In this document: piece by piece, positions 1-14,370 of the stretch
Position numbering within the stretch: position 1 is the stretch's first letter
How the letters are laid out: every line of letters starts with the position of its first letter
From: Eledone cirrhosa
Taxonomy: Eukaryota
DNA length: 64,000 nucleotides
Assembly (NCBI GenBank): GCA_964016885.1
Contig: OZ024740.1
Coordinates: 150,598,001-150,662,000 of the forward strand
Direction: 5' to 3'
Notes under the pieces: generated by a model
Databases searched by the model: none
Told to the model about the DNA's origin: nothing
The model's input: the letters and a program-made list of their open reading frames with translations, nothing else
Made by a program: the position numbers and the translations under genes

Positions 1-720
1 ACATCACCATCATCACTATAATATCATCATCAGCTCAATCATCATCATCATCATCATCATCATCACCACCACCACCATCATTATATCATCATCATCGTCA
101 TCATCATCATTATATAAATATTACTATCACCACATCATTATATCACCATCATCACCATCATCATCACGACCACCATCATTATACCATCATCATCACCACC
201 ACCATTATATCATCATCATCATCATCACCACCATTATACCATCATTATATCATCATCATCGTCATCATCATCATTATATAAATATTACTATCACCACATC
301 ATTATATCACCATCATCACCATCATCATCACCACCACCATCATTATATCATCTTCATCACCACCACCACCACCACCACCACCATTATATCATCATCATCA
401 CCACCACCATTATATCATCATCATCATCACCACCATTATACCATCATTATATCATCATCATCGTCACATCATCATTATATAAATATTACTATCACCACAT
501 CATCATCATCATCATCATTATATAAATATTACTCACCACATCATCATCATCATCATTATATAAATATTACTATCACCACCGTCATTATATCATCAATATC
601 GTCCTCCTCATTATTTTATCATCATTATCATCATCATCTTTATATACATGTTATATAAATATTATCATCGTTATCATTTTAACATCAACATCGTCGTCAT
701 TATTATTATATCATTAATAT
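1..720. repeat. Degenerate (ATC/ACC)n microsatellite with higher-order recurrence
   Basis: Runs of catcat/caccac; the unit attatataaatattactatcaccacatc recurs several times. Confidence 0.9.
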
Positions 721-722
721 AA

Positions 723-903
723 TTGTTTCTAATTTAAGCTCAAGGCCAGCAATTACCCAGTACATTACTGGTACTTTATTTTATCGACCCCGTAAGGTTG
801 AAAGGCAAAGTTAACCTCGGCGGGATTTGAACTCAGATCATAAAGGGACGTAACTATGCTAGAAAGCATGGCGTCTGACCCTCTACTGATACTGCCAATC
901 CAC
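723..903 (-). mobile_element. tRNA-derived SINE (family A)
   Basis: Reverse complement of the copies at 1361-1785; B box gttcaaatcc, core gcctttcatccttacggggtcgataaaataaagtaccag (resembles Meta/MESC-type SINE core, assignment tentative). Confidence 0.85.
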
Positions 904-1125
904 AATAATTATTATCATCATCACTATCGTCCATTTTATACTCCTAGCATCAGTATCATCGGTGGCAACATCAATATTATTTATTAAATATATCTATATC
1001 ATCATTGTCGTCACCACCCCACAACCACTAACATTACCACCAGCACCTACTTCATCACAACCAACCCCCCCTCCTCCTCCTCATCATCATCATTAATGAT
1101 GGTGGTGGTGGTGGCAGTAGTATTA

Positions 1126-1785
1126 GTGGCAGTATGAGTAGAGCGTCGGACACTATGCTTCGTGGCATAGAGTTATGTCCCTTGACGTTCTGAATTCAAA
1201 TCCCGCTGATGTTAGCTTTCCTTTTCATCCTTACGGGGCTGATTGAATAAAGTACCAGTAATGCATTGTGGCGATTTAATTGACTTCCCCGCCCCCCAAA
1301 ATTGCTGGCCTTGTGCCTAAAGTAGAACCAATTATTATTATTATTATTAGTAGTAGTAAAGGGCGGTGGATTGGCAGTTTTGGTAGAGAGTCGGACGCTA
1401 TGCTTTGAAGCACAGAGTTACGTCCCTTTATGATCTGAGTTCAAATCCCGCCGAGGTTAACTTTGCCTTTCATCCTTACGGGGTCGATAAAATAAAGTAC
1501 CAGTAATGTACTGGGATAATTGCTGGCCTTGTGCCAAAAGTAGAAACAATTATTAGTAGTAGTAGGTGGATTGGTAGTATCGGTAGAGAGTCGGACACCA
1601 TGCTTTGAAGCATAGAGTTACGTCCCTTTATGATTTTAGTTCAAATCCCGTCGAGGTTAACTTTACCTTTCATCCTTACGGGGTCGATAAAATAAAGTAC
1701 CAGTCACGCACTGGGGTCGATTTAATCGACTTTCCCCTCCCCCAAAATTGCTAGCCTTGTGCCTATATAAGAAACCATTATTATT
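1126..1785 (+). mobile_element. Three tandem SINE family A copies (about 1126-1345, 1361-1555, 1565-1785)
   Basis: A-box-like tggcagtatcggtag, B box gagttcaaatccc, shared core and 3' end ggccttgtgcc..aagtagaaacaattatta. Confidence 0.9.
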
Positions 1786-2389
1786 AGTAGTAGTATTTGA
1801 TGTTGCGATAAATGAAAATGACGATAATGATGGAGATGATGATGATATTTAAACAGTATTTTAATATCAATGCTATTATCTCAACATGAGTAAACCACCG
1901 AGTTAACTAACTTCATCATCACTACTATCTATTCACCACTACCACCATCATTTCAACTATTACCATCGATAAACCACTATCCGTAACATCATCACCTGTA
2001 CCGTCACAATCACCATCATCAACAACATCACCATCACAAAAACACACCCCGACACACGTACCACAACCATTGTTTGTGACGTCGGTGCTTATATATTCGG
2101 CTACCCCGTCAAACAGCTATTTTACCTTTATTTTTTGTTATCACATTAAAAGAGCCTAAATTACGTATCCTGTCGAGTGCACAATGAACAACCTAATAGA
2201 AGGAATGTCTGGCTTAGAGGGGCCTGAAACTGTATTTTAAAAGAAAGTGACTATATTCAAACTGCTCTAACGTTTGAGGTGGTGAAGTATTCTGAAAATA
2301 TCTGTTGACATTTACTTTCAAATGAAAATCTTCAATCATATTTACGATTATTTTATCCCTTATGTTTATGATATCCATGTAAACAATAT

Positions 2390-2500
2390 ATGGTTAGGGT
2401 GTTGGACTCATGATCATAAGATTCTACGGTCGATTCCTGGATCGAGCGAGGTGTGGTGTTCTTGAGTAAAATAATTTACTTCACGTTGCTCCTTCTGCTA
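2390..2500 (+). mobile_element. tRNA-derived SINE (family B), decayed
   Basis: tggttagggtgttggactcatgatc...gtcgattcctgg...gtgttcttgagtaaa...ttcacgttgctc; related copies at 4128-4245(-), 17390-17600, 42325-42420, 51260-51550, 56560-56800(-). Confidence 0.6.
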
Positions 2501-2668
2501 CAAGTTGTAGCCGGCAGATAGTATCAGTAATGGAAAGAACAATGGAAATATTGCTTCTTTCTTACGGTCCGACAATCGACCCTTTCTTTTCCTCTATCTA
2601 TTTAAGAAATATAATTATAAAAATCATTAAATTGAAAATATAGTCGTCACATTGCAGATAAATATAAT

Positions 2669-3018
2669 AATTGTTTCTACTTTTGGCACAAGGCCAGCAA
2701 TTATCTCAATGTATTACTGGTACTTTATTTTATCGACCCTGTAAGGATGAAAGGCAAAGTTAATCTCGCCGGGCCGTAACTCTTTGCTGCAAAGCATGGC
2801 GTCCGACCCTCTACCGATAAATATAATAAATGTTTCTACTTTTGGCACAAGGCCAGCAATTACCCAGTACATTACTGGTACTTTATTTTATCGACCCCGT
2901 AAGGATGAAAGGCAAAGTTGACCTCGGCGGGATTTGAACTCAGAATGGAAAGGGCCGTAACTCTATGTGTCAAAGCATGACGTCCGACCCTCTACCGATA
3001 CTGCCAATCCACCGCCCA
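2669..3018 (-). mobile_element. Two tandem SINE family A copies
   Basis: ggcacaaggccagcaatta...tcgaccccgtaaggatgaaaggcaaag occurs twice. Confidence 0.9.
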
Positions 3019-4127
3019 CCGATAAATATAATAATAATTCGTAATTATCCCTGAAGTCGGAAAAACATTGAACTATATACAGCTATCAACTCTTATTATA
3101 TTTATCTATATTGTGGCGACTATGTTTTCAAACGTCCAACTTGTTAATGTTTCGTAACCATATCTTGTGTACAAATCATTAAATGTAAAATCAAAGGCGG
3201 CTATAAAAATATTATATACATGAATTATAATGATCACAGTCTCAAGTCATCAAAGTCTAAATTTAAACTAAACAGCTAAAATATAAAGAAGATAAAAATT
3301 AAATTTATTAAATAGTTTTACCAATTATGGAAAATGTTTTCAAATTCGTGATGAACATACACATATGTAACAATGTCAGTTGGCTCATTCTATGTAGTCA
3401 GGGGAAGTTGTGGAAATAGCAAAATACCCTCCAACCATTTAAAACAAATAAAAGTAAAACATTTCCTTACATTTTATAATATATTTTGTAGGCTAAGAGT
3501 GGTCAGTTAGGTTTCCTGAAATTCTGAGGAATGGTCGCCATGGCAAAAGGAAATATAACAACAACAAACAAATAACACAAAAGCTGAAAAGTATGGAATG
3601 GTCAGTGTTAGGTTTCTTCTTGTATTTCCAAGCATGGCCTGACTAAACAAATATGTACAAATTGTTCTAGTAAAAATCATACCTTTGACTTGAGATTTGA
3701 GGTTTGAGAATGATTTGATCGCTATGTATAGCAGTTTGAGTGAATGGTTCGTGAATTGAATAATGGTTCGTGAATGAATGATACAAAACAGTGATGGGCA
3801 TATATGGCATGATAAGTTTTGTTGTTATCGATGTTGTAGTTGTTCAGTCTATGCCGAGAAAATCTATGAGTGACGACTTTCCAGCCATGCCTAGCTAATT
3901 CTAGCAAGTTGGACGCCCAAGTAAGGTACCCTCAAAGGGTCTTTGCAAGTTTGATATGCAGTTGCAGCATAGAATCAATAAACTCGCTCGCGCTCTGATC
4001 GATCGACAAGATCTCAGACCTCAATTGCTTGCCGAGTGGGGTAGACCTCGTCAAATTGGACCAAGGAAGCAATGTTTCCATTGGTCTTTCCATTGTTGAT
4101 ACTATCTACCGGTCGCAACTCCGGGCA

Positions 4128-4245
4128 GACAGAGCAACGTGAAATAAAATGTCCTACTCAAGGACACAACGCATCACCCGGTCCGAGAACTGAACTCGCA
4201 ACTTCGCGATTGTGAATCCACCTCCCAAACCACTAAGCCATGTGA
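4128..4245 (-). mobile_element. SINE family B, decayed
   Basis: gagcaacgtgaaataaaatgtcctactcaaggacacaacgc...aaccactaagcca is the reverse complement of the family B head. Confidence 0.6.
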
Positions 4246-4610
4246 CTTAATAAACTAACTGGTATTATTGACTCGAGAATAAATGAATTCTGTACCGGAA
4301 GCCTGGAGAAGTTGTTATTGTTTATCAGAGATTCCATATTCTTTCAGACTATTTAACCCAAAGAATTAGTGTGTGATTCGAGGAAGATTTGGCTGCTAGA
4401 AATTTAAGCGGTGATATAGGGGTAGGGGAAGTTCCCAATCAGACAAAATCCCACATGATTAATAATATTCTTGTGCAACCTAATTGTCAATTTGGAATTG
4501 TTTGGAAGACTTCCATTTCACGACACCCTTATTAGAGCCAATTTCTTTAAATATAGAAAGGTAGTATGACACATACCAAAATGAAACACCCTCCTCTCAC
4601 TAGTGCATAA

Positions 4611-4669
<59 letters not shown>

Positions 4670-5958
4670 CATACACATATACATATATGTATAAATGCTT
4701 GTTGTATGAGTTGATTGATAAATGTATCTAACATGCACTGAATGAAGGATTCATGTACCGTGTATAGACTCAATATCATATTTGTCATTAATAGTGACTG
4801 TTTACTTTGAGATTTCGCCGAAGCTTTTCGAAAGCCGGAAGCCTTGGTAAATTTTCGTAAGTCCCAATTAATAACACATATACATACACATATACACACA
4901 CACACATATATATATTGTTGAACATAACAACACTAACATGAACACTGCCATCGCCACAACCACCACCACCACCACCATCACCATGACTGCAACAACAAGA
5001 ACAGATAAAAGAAACAAAAAATAACCGTAACACAGACAACAGCTGCAACACAAATGGCAAGAATAACGACAGCAATAACAACAACAATAAAAACAACAAC
5101 AATTAACCAAAATAAACAAAATCAATAATAACAAAAAAAAAATAACAACAACCATAAGTTTGCATCAACGAATGCCAAAGGGATCGAACTGTTTATCTGT
5201 TTAGTGACCAAACTAATAAAAGTAGAAAAATCATGGGCTGAAGGAGCTCCCCACCCCCAATGTGTTGGCAGAAACGCAAAAGAGATTAATTTACAAACGC
5301 ATGTCCACAAACACGAAACGTCCGGTGTCAGCAAATCAGACACGTTGAAAGAGCTCTGAAAGAGGTAATGCCCGACAGACAGCACATTGTGTGGGCCAGA
5401 CAGTATGCGGGGCACTTCAGTGCTTTTTAAAAAGCGAATCTCTGGTTGTTAAACACCCCGTAGTACTCTGTTAGAGCGACAAGTATGTGCTCTACCAATT
5501 TTATTTAGAAAGAAGGACGGTAAGGGTAGAGATCTCAGGGATCCCACTTCGAGGCTTTCCCTCTCGCTCTCTCCGTCGTCTCTAAACACATAGCCACTCA
5601 CACGAACAACACTTCCACCCACATCTGAGACAAATTCCATAGACAACGATACATCTTCATCTCGAAGTGATGATGATTGAGGGAAATCCCCAAAACTTAA
5701 GAAACATAAAAGAAAACACACACAAATCATCTCCAACCACAAGTACCCACAAAAAGAAAATACACGCAACAACAACAACCAGCCATACAGACACTACAGT
5801 TCGTGCTAGTGAGGAGGCCTAACAGAGACTTGATGTCTCCCATAGAACAAAGTAAAGAAATTGAGAGACCCCCAGCACCTTCAAAGTGATACAACCATTA
5901 ATGATAGTGCATATATCCCTAGACGATAAAACATATTAGGGAGAACTTTCCAGCCAAC

Positions 5959-7630
5959 ATGGCGATTTTAAGAGTAGGTTGTATAAATGGAGGTGGCCTG
6001 GGGCCGTCCTGGAAGAAAGCTGCTTGCTCAACGAACTCAGGTCACTAGTTATAGATATGACAGTCACCAGCCAGACCAGAATTTTCGACACGCACGCATA
6101 AACAGACATTTTTGACGACTTTGAGATCAACGCATGTTTTAATCGGCCTGGAATGAAGGCAGGGTGGCAGTGCTATTTAGAAAAGACCTAAATCTCAAGG
6201 TATAGACAATCTTCGTGGACTCAGACGGTAAGTCCAGGGTTTAGGATGTTAGCAATAGCGAAGGTCGTACTTCTAGACTGATACTATCTTACTGAGGTAA
6301 GAAGGCCGGATTTCTTCAGGCGTCTGGAAGCATTTCTAGGAAAGTCTCATCCTTTACTATTAGTGGGGGACTGGAATAGCATCTTAGACGCTGGCTGTGA
6401 CTTTGTGGGAGCAGCTGATAGAAACGGGGTGATGGCGGGGGTGCAAAAGCCTCAGAACCTGATCAGGCAGTTCCCACCGCCTGACAGGTACCGAATAAAT
6501 TTCTCAGAGAGTCATCAAGCTCGCATCTAGAGTGGTTTTTGATTAGGTTAGCAGATAGGAATAAAATAGTGTGCCAACAATTTGAAACGGTAGCCTATTC
6601 AGACTACAAATTCCTAATCTCATGGTCGACCTAGATAGAACTCGTAGACAAGGCCCCGGTTACATTTCCGGAGCATAAAGCATACAGCGACCAGATTAGT
6701 ACATTAGTTAAGCACCGGTAGACAAAGGCAGTCGTCAACAACATGTAGTGAGGCGCTCAAAAGAGGGCATAATAGACTAGAGGCGATAGCTTTTAGTAAA
6801 GAAGTAGCGATAAGAAAAATAGAGAGTGTGTGTGGGGGGGTGGGGGGGGGGGTAGTAGGTAAACTCGATGAGGCGATTAAGGAGTAGCATGGAAACCGAC
6901 GGCACTAGACCATTTCTTCAACACGAAACATGAAGATTGCAGTGTCAGAGTTAAGGCTCATGCTCTAAGAAACGAGGGAAAGAAGGCTGTTTGATGGGCC
7001 CGAGAGGCAGAGACGCAACTTGGAAAGAGAGCCACAATTCTGTCTTTCAAGAACCGAGACACGGACGCGTGCTGCTCGATTCCAAGCAGATGTGTGCGGC
7101 TTTTCAGCATCAATTTACACGGCTGTTCGGGGATAACGGGGTAGGGCATCGGTGTTCCTAACACCACGGCCTGCAACTGATGTGGAGTGCCGCGAAAAAC
7201 CGATAACAGAGAGATTATAGGTATCTACGAAATCGAACTAACCAGTCTGTTCCGCAGGACTCTAGAGCAGAAAACTATGGACTATTTCCAAAATTCCTGG
7301 CTGCACAGTGATACCACGAAGTACTGCTGGTTCGAGAAATACTACGAGGTACAGAAGTGCTGCCAGATGGAATTTTTTGAGATGCCCTCAGAGCGATGAA
7401 ACTGTTCTGCACGCACTCGTCCAGTGCCCAGGTATTGTTGACTTGTCAAGTTTTGTCGAACAGTTTTTGTCGCATGTAGGAATCCAGCTATCGGTCGACT
7501 CCACCGTGAAGATGACCCGTATCCTTCCTTTGGCTGGGAAGGGCAGACTGTTTTCCTCTGTCTGGTGGCTGTGGCAAAAGTGGTCATGTGGTGAATGCAA
7601 CTGAATTGCCTGATGACAGACACTTTCCTA
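5959..7630 (+). mobile_element. Decayed L1/Tx1-like LINE ORF2 (APE endonuclease start, internal deletion, zf-RVT end)
   Basis: MAILRVGCINGGGLGPSW, LVGDWNSILD, and CPQSDETVLHALVQCP (C-x2-C...ET..H...C zinc knuckle); homologous to 22040-22944(-). Confidence 0.75.
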
Positions 7631-7875
7631 TTCAGTTCTAAGTTCAAATCCCACTGAGGTTAACTTTGCCTTTCATCCTTACGGGATCGATAAATAAAGC
7701 ACCAGTAATGCACTGGGGTCGATTTAATCGATTTTCCCTTCTCCCCCAAATTACTGGCCTTGTGCCTAAAGTGCCGAGGTTAAATTTGCCTTTCATCCTT
7801 ATGGGATCGATAAAATAAAGTACCAGTAATACACTGGGTAATTGCTGGCCTTGTGGCAAAAGTAGATACAATTAT
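7631..7875 (+). mobile_element. Two 5'-truncated SINE family A copies
   Basis: gttcaaatccc...cctttcatccttacgggatcgataaa; the core is repeated from 7776. Confidence 0.85.
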
Positions 7876-9228
7876 TATTATTAATGTCATGATGGCTCCG
7901 ATGAAACTTCTTCTCCGTGCTGTATTTGTTGGCAAACAGTGAACAACGTCGAGCCATCTATCCCAATACATTCCTGGGGTTAAAATAGACAAAAAAATTA
8001 ATATGTTTACGAGAAGAGTGGCAACAAAATTCGAAATAGGCAATAACATCAGCGGTAGTGAATCAAAACAAACTTCATAAACAAATATTGAATACTTGGA
8101 AATGAGTTTAAAAAAAAAAAGAGAGACAAACAGAAAAAAAATAACGATGAAACAGATATACTTGAAGGCATAGACAGCCACATTCACAATATAATTTCCG
8201 AAGACGTAAATTTTCATGACATAAATAAATGCAATAGATACAACAACGTACACTTATCGAGCAAAGAAAATAGCAAAAAAGCGAAGACATGAGCAGTCTG
8301 TAAAGATGGTATTTTTTGAAACAAACATCAATTTTCAATGATTTTAGCGTTCGGAGAGACGAAAACCACATCAACAAAAACAGCTATAACACTTACACAT
8401 AGACACAAACGCCTTCAAGCGGACGGAATACAACGTTGGATCTTTAGACATTGCTAAAACACAGTTCGAAACAAAGTGGTTTTATGTTAAAATAAACAAA
8501 AAAACTGTATCTCCTCGTCCGAAGAATATATTCAGAAGCAAGCATGGAGATCTATTTCTACACCATAAAAGTGGAGGATAGGGTTCTTTTCTGACCCTTC
8601 AAATGATGAATTTAAGAAAGCTAGGTCTTTTTGCTTAACCCTCAAAGCGCAAACGACCGTCAGTGATAGAGAGCATAACAACCACTCAAACTTTGTAGCC
8701 CCCAAAACTTGGGAATCACAAGGGCAACATTCAAATGCAGAGCAAGCAATCATTGTCACTTTTGTAAAGCAATATTGGCAGGTAGTAATCACCAAAATAG
8801 TGAAGAACGATTTCTAGTAGAGGTATATATTTGCAAGTCCTCATGAACTCCTTAGCACCACATGATTATTCCATTACTGTTCCTCACAAAGGACGCCGTG
8901 TGAAAGTAAAAACACTGGTGATGCTACACAGAAAGCTCAGTTGTTATACTTGTCGTAGCAAAAGCCGCGTGAGGTTTTTTTTTTTTACTTTGCAGAGCAA
9001 TAAACAAATAATGAGAAAGTTGGCAGAGCTACTCTGTTTTTGGCACCATCAGTTGCAGATGTGGGAATAACTGGAAAATCCGCTTTTTCCCGGTTGCTGC
9101 AGTGAAATATATAGAAATAGTAGAGAAGGTTACATTACACTCGAAACCAGAGGTTTAACCTTCTGAAAGTAATGCCTGATTCACTTGATGAATCGAAGAG
9201 GGGTAAAAACGTAGAAAAACGTATATAA

Positions 9229-9298
<70 letters not shown>

Positions 9299-9359
9299 AG
9301 GTGTATTATTGGGTGTGTCAAACGGTTGTGTCAATATATATATATATTTATATATACGC

Positions 9360-9860
9360 ATGTGATGAGTATGAAGATGACAGCTGCATAAAAAGGTGCA
9401 GAGCACTAGAAGTCGATGGAAGCAGAGAGAAGTGGAGAGACCCAAGAAGACCTGGGATGAGGTGATAAAACCCAATTGTACCTCTCGAAGGTGATGACAC
9501 ACGACCGTGCCCTCTTACGTCACGCAGTAATACAGAAGACCCGACTTCCAACGGGTACAAGCCGAAGCTATCCCCACCCCTCCCACTGCAAAGTGGTCGT
9601 GGAGGTGCCACGGTAAAAAAGCACCCAGCCCACACTGTGAAGTGAACGTGTAGGCGCCATGGAAAAAAGCACCCAGCACTCACTGTAAATGAGGTTGCTG
9701 TTAGGAAGGGCATCCAGCTGTAGAAATCAAGCCAGAATCAGTTCACGTATGAGAAAGTCAAGGACCGGACACTGCCCAAAACAGGACAACCCGTCTAACC
9801 CATGCTAGCGTGGAAGAACGGACGTAAAACGGTGATGATGATGATGATGATGATGATGAT
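9360..9860 (+). mobile_element. RTE-type LINE 3' end with (GAT)n tail
   Basis: CIKRCRALEVDGSREKWRPKKTWDEVI (RTE C-terminal RP..TW motif), then ttaggaagggcatccagctgtagaaa and a gatgatgat tail. Confidence 0.7.
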
Positions 9861-10339
9861 ATATAATATATATATATAGTTATATTTGGGAAAAGTGAAC
9901 AAGATAAGAAAAAATTACTTATTTACTTTGATGTCCCGACTGCAGTTTCGCTGAGTAATCGCAGTTTTTGAGCACTGTGAGAAATTTCAGCTCACAAGTG
10001 AACTTCTCAATCAAGCAAAATTCTTCCCAGTCATCCGTCACCAGCAATCATTTCGAGTGGAATAATTATCACGTGATTAACGTTCAACAGAAGGGGAGCA
10101 GTAGGTGGACAATGACAAGTAACGGGGCTGATAGAAGAAAAAAGGTCCGATTCAGCTAAATTTTATACTCTACCATAAGGGAGTAATTAACAAATTAATT
10201 GAAGATATATATATGAGTTTCTGATATGGGAATAACTGGAAAATCCGTCACTTCAGTGGAAAATACAGAAATAGTAGAGAAGGTTTACATTACACTCAAT
10301 AACTTCTGTTACATTACACAAACCTTCTGCTTAATCAAC

Positions 10340-10710
10340 AATATGCCACACTCTTCAGCGCGTACTCCCTAAATCTTGAAGCAGATCCTGCAGAATAGAA
10401 CAAGTTTTACTTTGATCTGTATAGTCTCTTACAGAGCACCTCTGCGGACGACAAGGTCATAATCCTTGGCAGCGATTGCAACGCTTTAGTAGATCGAGAG
10501 TCTGTAACTTAGCAGGGGGTGCTTGGGAAACATGGCGTGGTAACTGCAATGACAATGGGTGCTTGCTGTTGGAGTTCTGCGCTGAACATCAACTCGTCAT
10601 CTGGAACACCATCTTCTAGCAGAGACAGTTTGAAAACAACCTGGATGCATCCTCGTTCGAAACACTGGCACCTGATTGATTCTATTCTCGTGCACCGGTG
10701 TGCGCCTTGC
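10340..10710 (+). mobile_element. RTE (BovB-like) APE endonuclease fragment
   Basis: GVLGKHGV..CNDNG.LLLEFCAEHQLVI.NTIF and KTTWMHPRSKHWHLIDSILV. Confidence 0.8.
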
Positions 10711-10796
10711 ATACCAGAGTGATATATATATATATATATATATATATTCATACCAGAGTGATATATACCAGAGTGATATATAATTATATATATATA

Positions 10797-10829
<33 letters not shown>

Positions 10830-10832
<3 letters not shown>

Positions 10833-11083
10833 CAAGGTTTAGCAAATAAGAAAAAGTTTCAAAATAAATTTAAAAAAATTAACTTTACTTACTATGGTTA
10901 AGGTAACCATAGTAAGTAAAGTTAATTTTTTAAAATTTATTTTGAAACTTTTTCTTATTTGCTAAACCTTGATTATATATGTTCTGGCTCGTTAATTTAT
11001 TTACCTGCCATTGAACCACATTGGCATATGGTTGGACAATACATGTGTCCCTGAGGGCCTTGTGCGTGTAGGGACATATACTT

Positions 11084-11087
<4 letters not shown>
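10830..11087 (+). mobile_element. Fold-back unit A between (TA)n tracts, probable PLE terminus
   Basis: 71-bp arms 10830-10900 and 10904-10974 with 1 mismatch and spacer agg; unique tail 10981-11087; no HHR core retained. Confidence 0.65.
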
Positions 11088-11119
<32 letters not shown>

Positions 11120-11198
11120 TATATATATATATACAGTATATATATATATATATATATATATACAGTATATATATATATATATATACAGTATATATATT

Positions 11199-11857
<659 letters not shown>

Positions 11858-11993
11858 ATATACACATATATATATACATATATATATATATACACATATG
11901 TATATACATATATATATATACACATATATATATACATATATATATATATACACACATATATATATACATATATATATATATACTGTATATATA

Positions 11994-12041
<48 letters not shown>

Positions 12042-12426
12042 TGTATATATATATATATATATATATACTGTATATATATATATAATTCGTTTTTGAATTT
12101 ATTTTGCGATATTTCTTATCTTAAAACGTGTGTTGAAACAGATATTGTTATACTTTTGGAGGGTCATGATGCCAATAAAAGCACACGCACATGTTGGTTT
12201 TCATTTCAATTTATTACAAATTTCGGTTGCTTGGTTGGTTCGATAACTGGAAGGTTGTTTATATATTGTCAAAGCTCCTTCGTCACACATTCTGTGACCT
12301 CCTCAGTGACAAAGTTTTATTTTGTGTGTCTCACCTTTATTCAGTCCTATACCACCTTGTTTTTATGTGTTGATAACACACAAAAACAAGATGGTGTAGG
12401 AAAGACACACAAAATAAAAAAACTTA

Positions 12427-12468
12427 GTCACTGAGGAGGTCACAGAATGTGTGACGAAAGAACTTTTA
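12427..12468 (+). ncRNA. Hammerhead-like motif, partly decayed (mirror copy 12267-12311 on -)
   Basis: gtca CTGAGGA g-gtcac agaatgt gtgac GAAA gaac tt; the mirror copy keeps stem I tgtca/tgaca. Confidence 0.6.
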
Positions 12469-12492
12469 AAATATATAAACAACCTTCCGATT

Positions 12493-14230
12493 CACCGTGT
12501 AACATATTTTTTATTCCCCAGTTCTAAGTGTCATTTCATGGTTTGTTATATCCCATTATTATAAAAAAACACTATTATTTAATCAGAAGTTTGGGTTTGT
12601 GGTCAGGTGTTTGATATTTCGAAATTTTCATATTTTTCAAGAAAAACACATTTTTGTAAAATTTATCAGTTCATATAATTAAATCAACAGAGTACATATT
12701 TATTTTATTACACAAGCTTATCAAAATCAAACAAGTAAAAACAAATAACACTTATAAAGCAATTTATACACGTCAGAAATGACTGGATTTCCTGGATTTG
12801 CGGTTGTAGTCCAAGTCGCATTCCCGCACTAGCCGCCAGATATAGTCCCCCAACATTTTTCCATTGTAGTGGCCCTGGTACCTCCGCTCTATCTCTTTCA
12901 CATCTTGGTGGAATCGTTCGCCTTGTTCTACTGAGTAGGCGCTCATATTGTCCTTGAATTTTTCCAGGTGAGCGTCCAGCATATGGAGTTTAAGCGACAT
13001 CCTGCATCCCATGGCGCCAAAAGCCTTTATCAGATCCTGCACCAGTTGCTGGTAGTTTTCAGCTCTATAGTTGCCCAGGAAGCCCTTAACAACTGCCTTG
13101 AAACAGTTCCATGCTGTTCTCTCAATCCTATTGAGCTTATTGGAAAACTCGGTAGACTCAAACACCTTCTTTATCTGAGGTCCAATAAAATTTCCACCTT
13201 TGATTTTGGCCTCAGATAACTTGGGGAAGAATTCAAGAAGGTACTTAAAAGCGGCTGATTCTTGGTTGAGAGCCTTCACAAACTGCTTTATCAACCCCAA
13301 CTTAATGTGCAGTGGCGGCATGAGCACAATCCTGGGATTAACCAGTGGCTCCCACATGACGTTCCGGGTCCCAACTACAAATTCTGTTCGCTGCTCCCAG
13401 TTCTTTCTTTTGTAGTGGTCAGAGGTGGCTCTGCTGTCCCAAGGGCAGAGGAAGCATTGGAATTTGACAAAGCCTCCTTGGAGCCCAAGCAGGAAAGCCA
13501 CCATCTTGAAGTCTCCGATGATTTCTCAATTGTACTGGTTGTATTGCAGAGCTTCCAAGAGGACTTTCACACTGTAGTAATCTTCCTTCAGGCAGACTGA
13601 ATGAGCTAGGGGCAGTGTCGGGAACTTGTTTCCATTGTGGAGGAGGACAGCCTTCAAACTTGTGGTGGAGCTGTCTATAAATAGCCGCCACTCCTTGGGC
13701 ACAAACGGCAACCCAATAACGTCAAACAGTCCAGGCACGTCATGGCAGAAGCAGAGGCCATCCCTAAGAGTGTAAAAGCCTGAGAAAGGTTTGTGTCAAC
13801 TTCTATGACTTGTCACCTGCACTTCCTCCTTGACCAAGTTCCACTGCTTCATCCTGGAGACGAATGCTTAAAACACAACTTACCCTTTATTCAGGGTGCG
13901 AAAATCCAGTATCAATAAATCTCTTTAATCCACTTTTTAACAATTTTATACTTTATTGCACTTTTATAATTTTCTTTAGGTATTACTCTTTATTTTATAA
14001 TTTTAATTTAACCTGAAACATATATAAACAAAATCATTTAACAGAAGCAAATTAAACTTACATACAACGTAAAATCCAGTATACAAATAATTCTAGTGAA
14101 TAGCTTAGAATTTTTAAAAACCCAAACTTTTAACTGTTTAATAGCACTTTTTTTTATTTGGGACCTAAGCAACACAAAATAAGTGATTACAAGCCAGGAA
14201 AAGAGAAACATTTTTTTTTGTTACACGGTG
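12493..14230 (-). mobile_element. Chapaev3-like (CMC) DNA transposon, internally deleted
   Basis: 12-bp perfect TIR caccgtgtaaca (12493-12504 and 14219-14230); inserted at a TTA site; contains transposase. Confidence 0.75.
12773..13860 (-). pseudogene. Chapaev3-like transposase, N-terminally truncated, with in-frame stops
   Basis: EWRLFIDSS..SLKAVLLHNGN, GDFKMVAFLLGLQGG..K..CFLC.WDSRA, PPLHIKLGL.KQFVKAL, MSLKLH.LD.HL, EQGERFHQD; ORFs 13526-13738 and 12773-13504 are in one frame separated by a TGA. Confidence 0.8.
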
Positions 14231-14370
14231 TTATCGAACCAACCAACCAACCAACCAACCAACCAACCAACCAATCAACCAACCAATAATAATAAATTGA
14301 AGTGAAAACCAAGTGTGTGATTTTATTGGAAACATGACCCTCCCAAAGTATAACAATATATATATATCAA

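Larger units (their letters stand above)
12145..14356. mobile_element. Fold-back unit C (both arms with tail), interrupted by a DNA transposon
   Basis: Centre at about 12373; left arm 12145-12371; right arm 12375-12492 continues at 14231-14356. Confidence 0.75.

Noticed and set aside
1361-1460. tRNA gene suggested by A and B boxes
   Set aside because: No cloverleaf, and it is always attached to the SINE core and tail
9058-9165. Hairpin agaaggtta/taaccttct around gaaaccagaggtt, partly duplicated at about 10223-10300
   Set aside because: It lacks the catalytic core and stem II; treated as an unclassified repeat
9924-9975. HHR-like gcgaaactgcagtcggg on the minus strand
   Set aside because: The core and the 5' strand of stem I are not recognisable
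13526-13528. In-frame TGA in the transposase as recoding
   Set aside because: It falls where Trp is expected (TGG to TGA), another stop lies upstream and the N terminus is deleted
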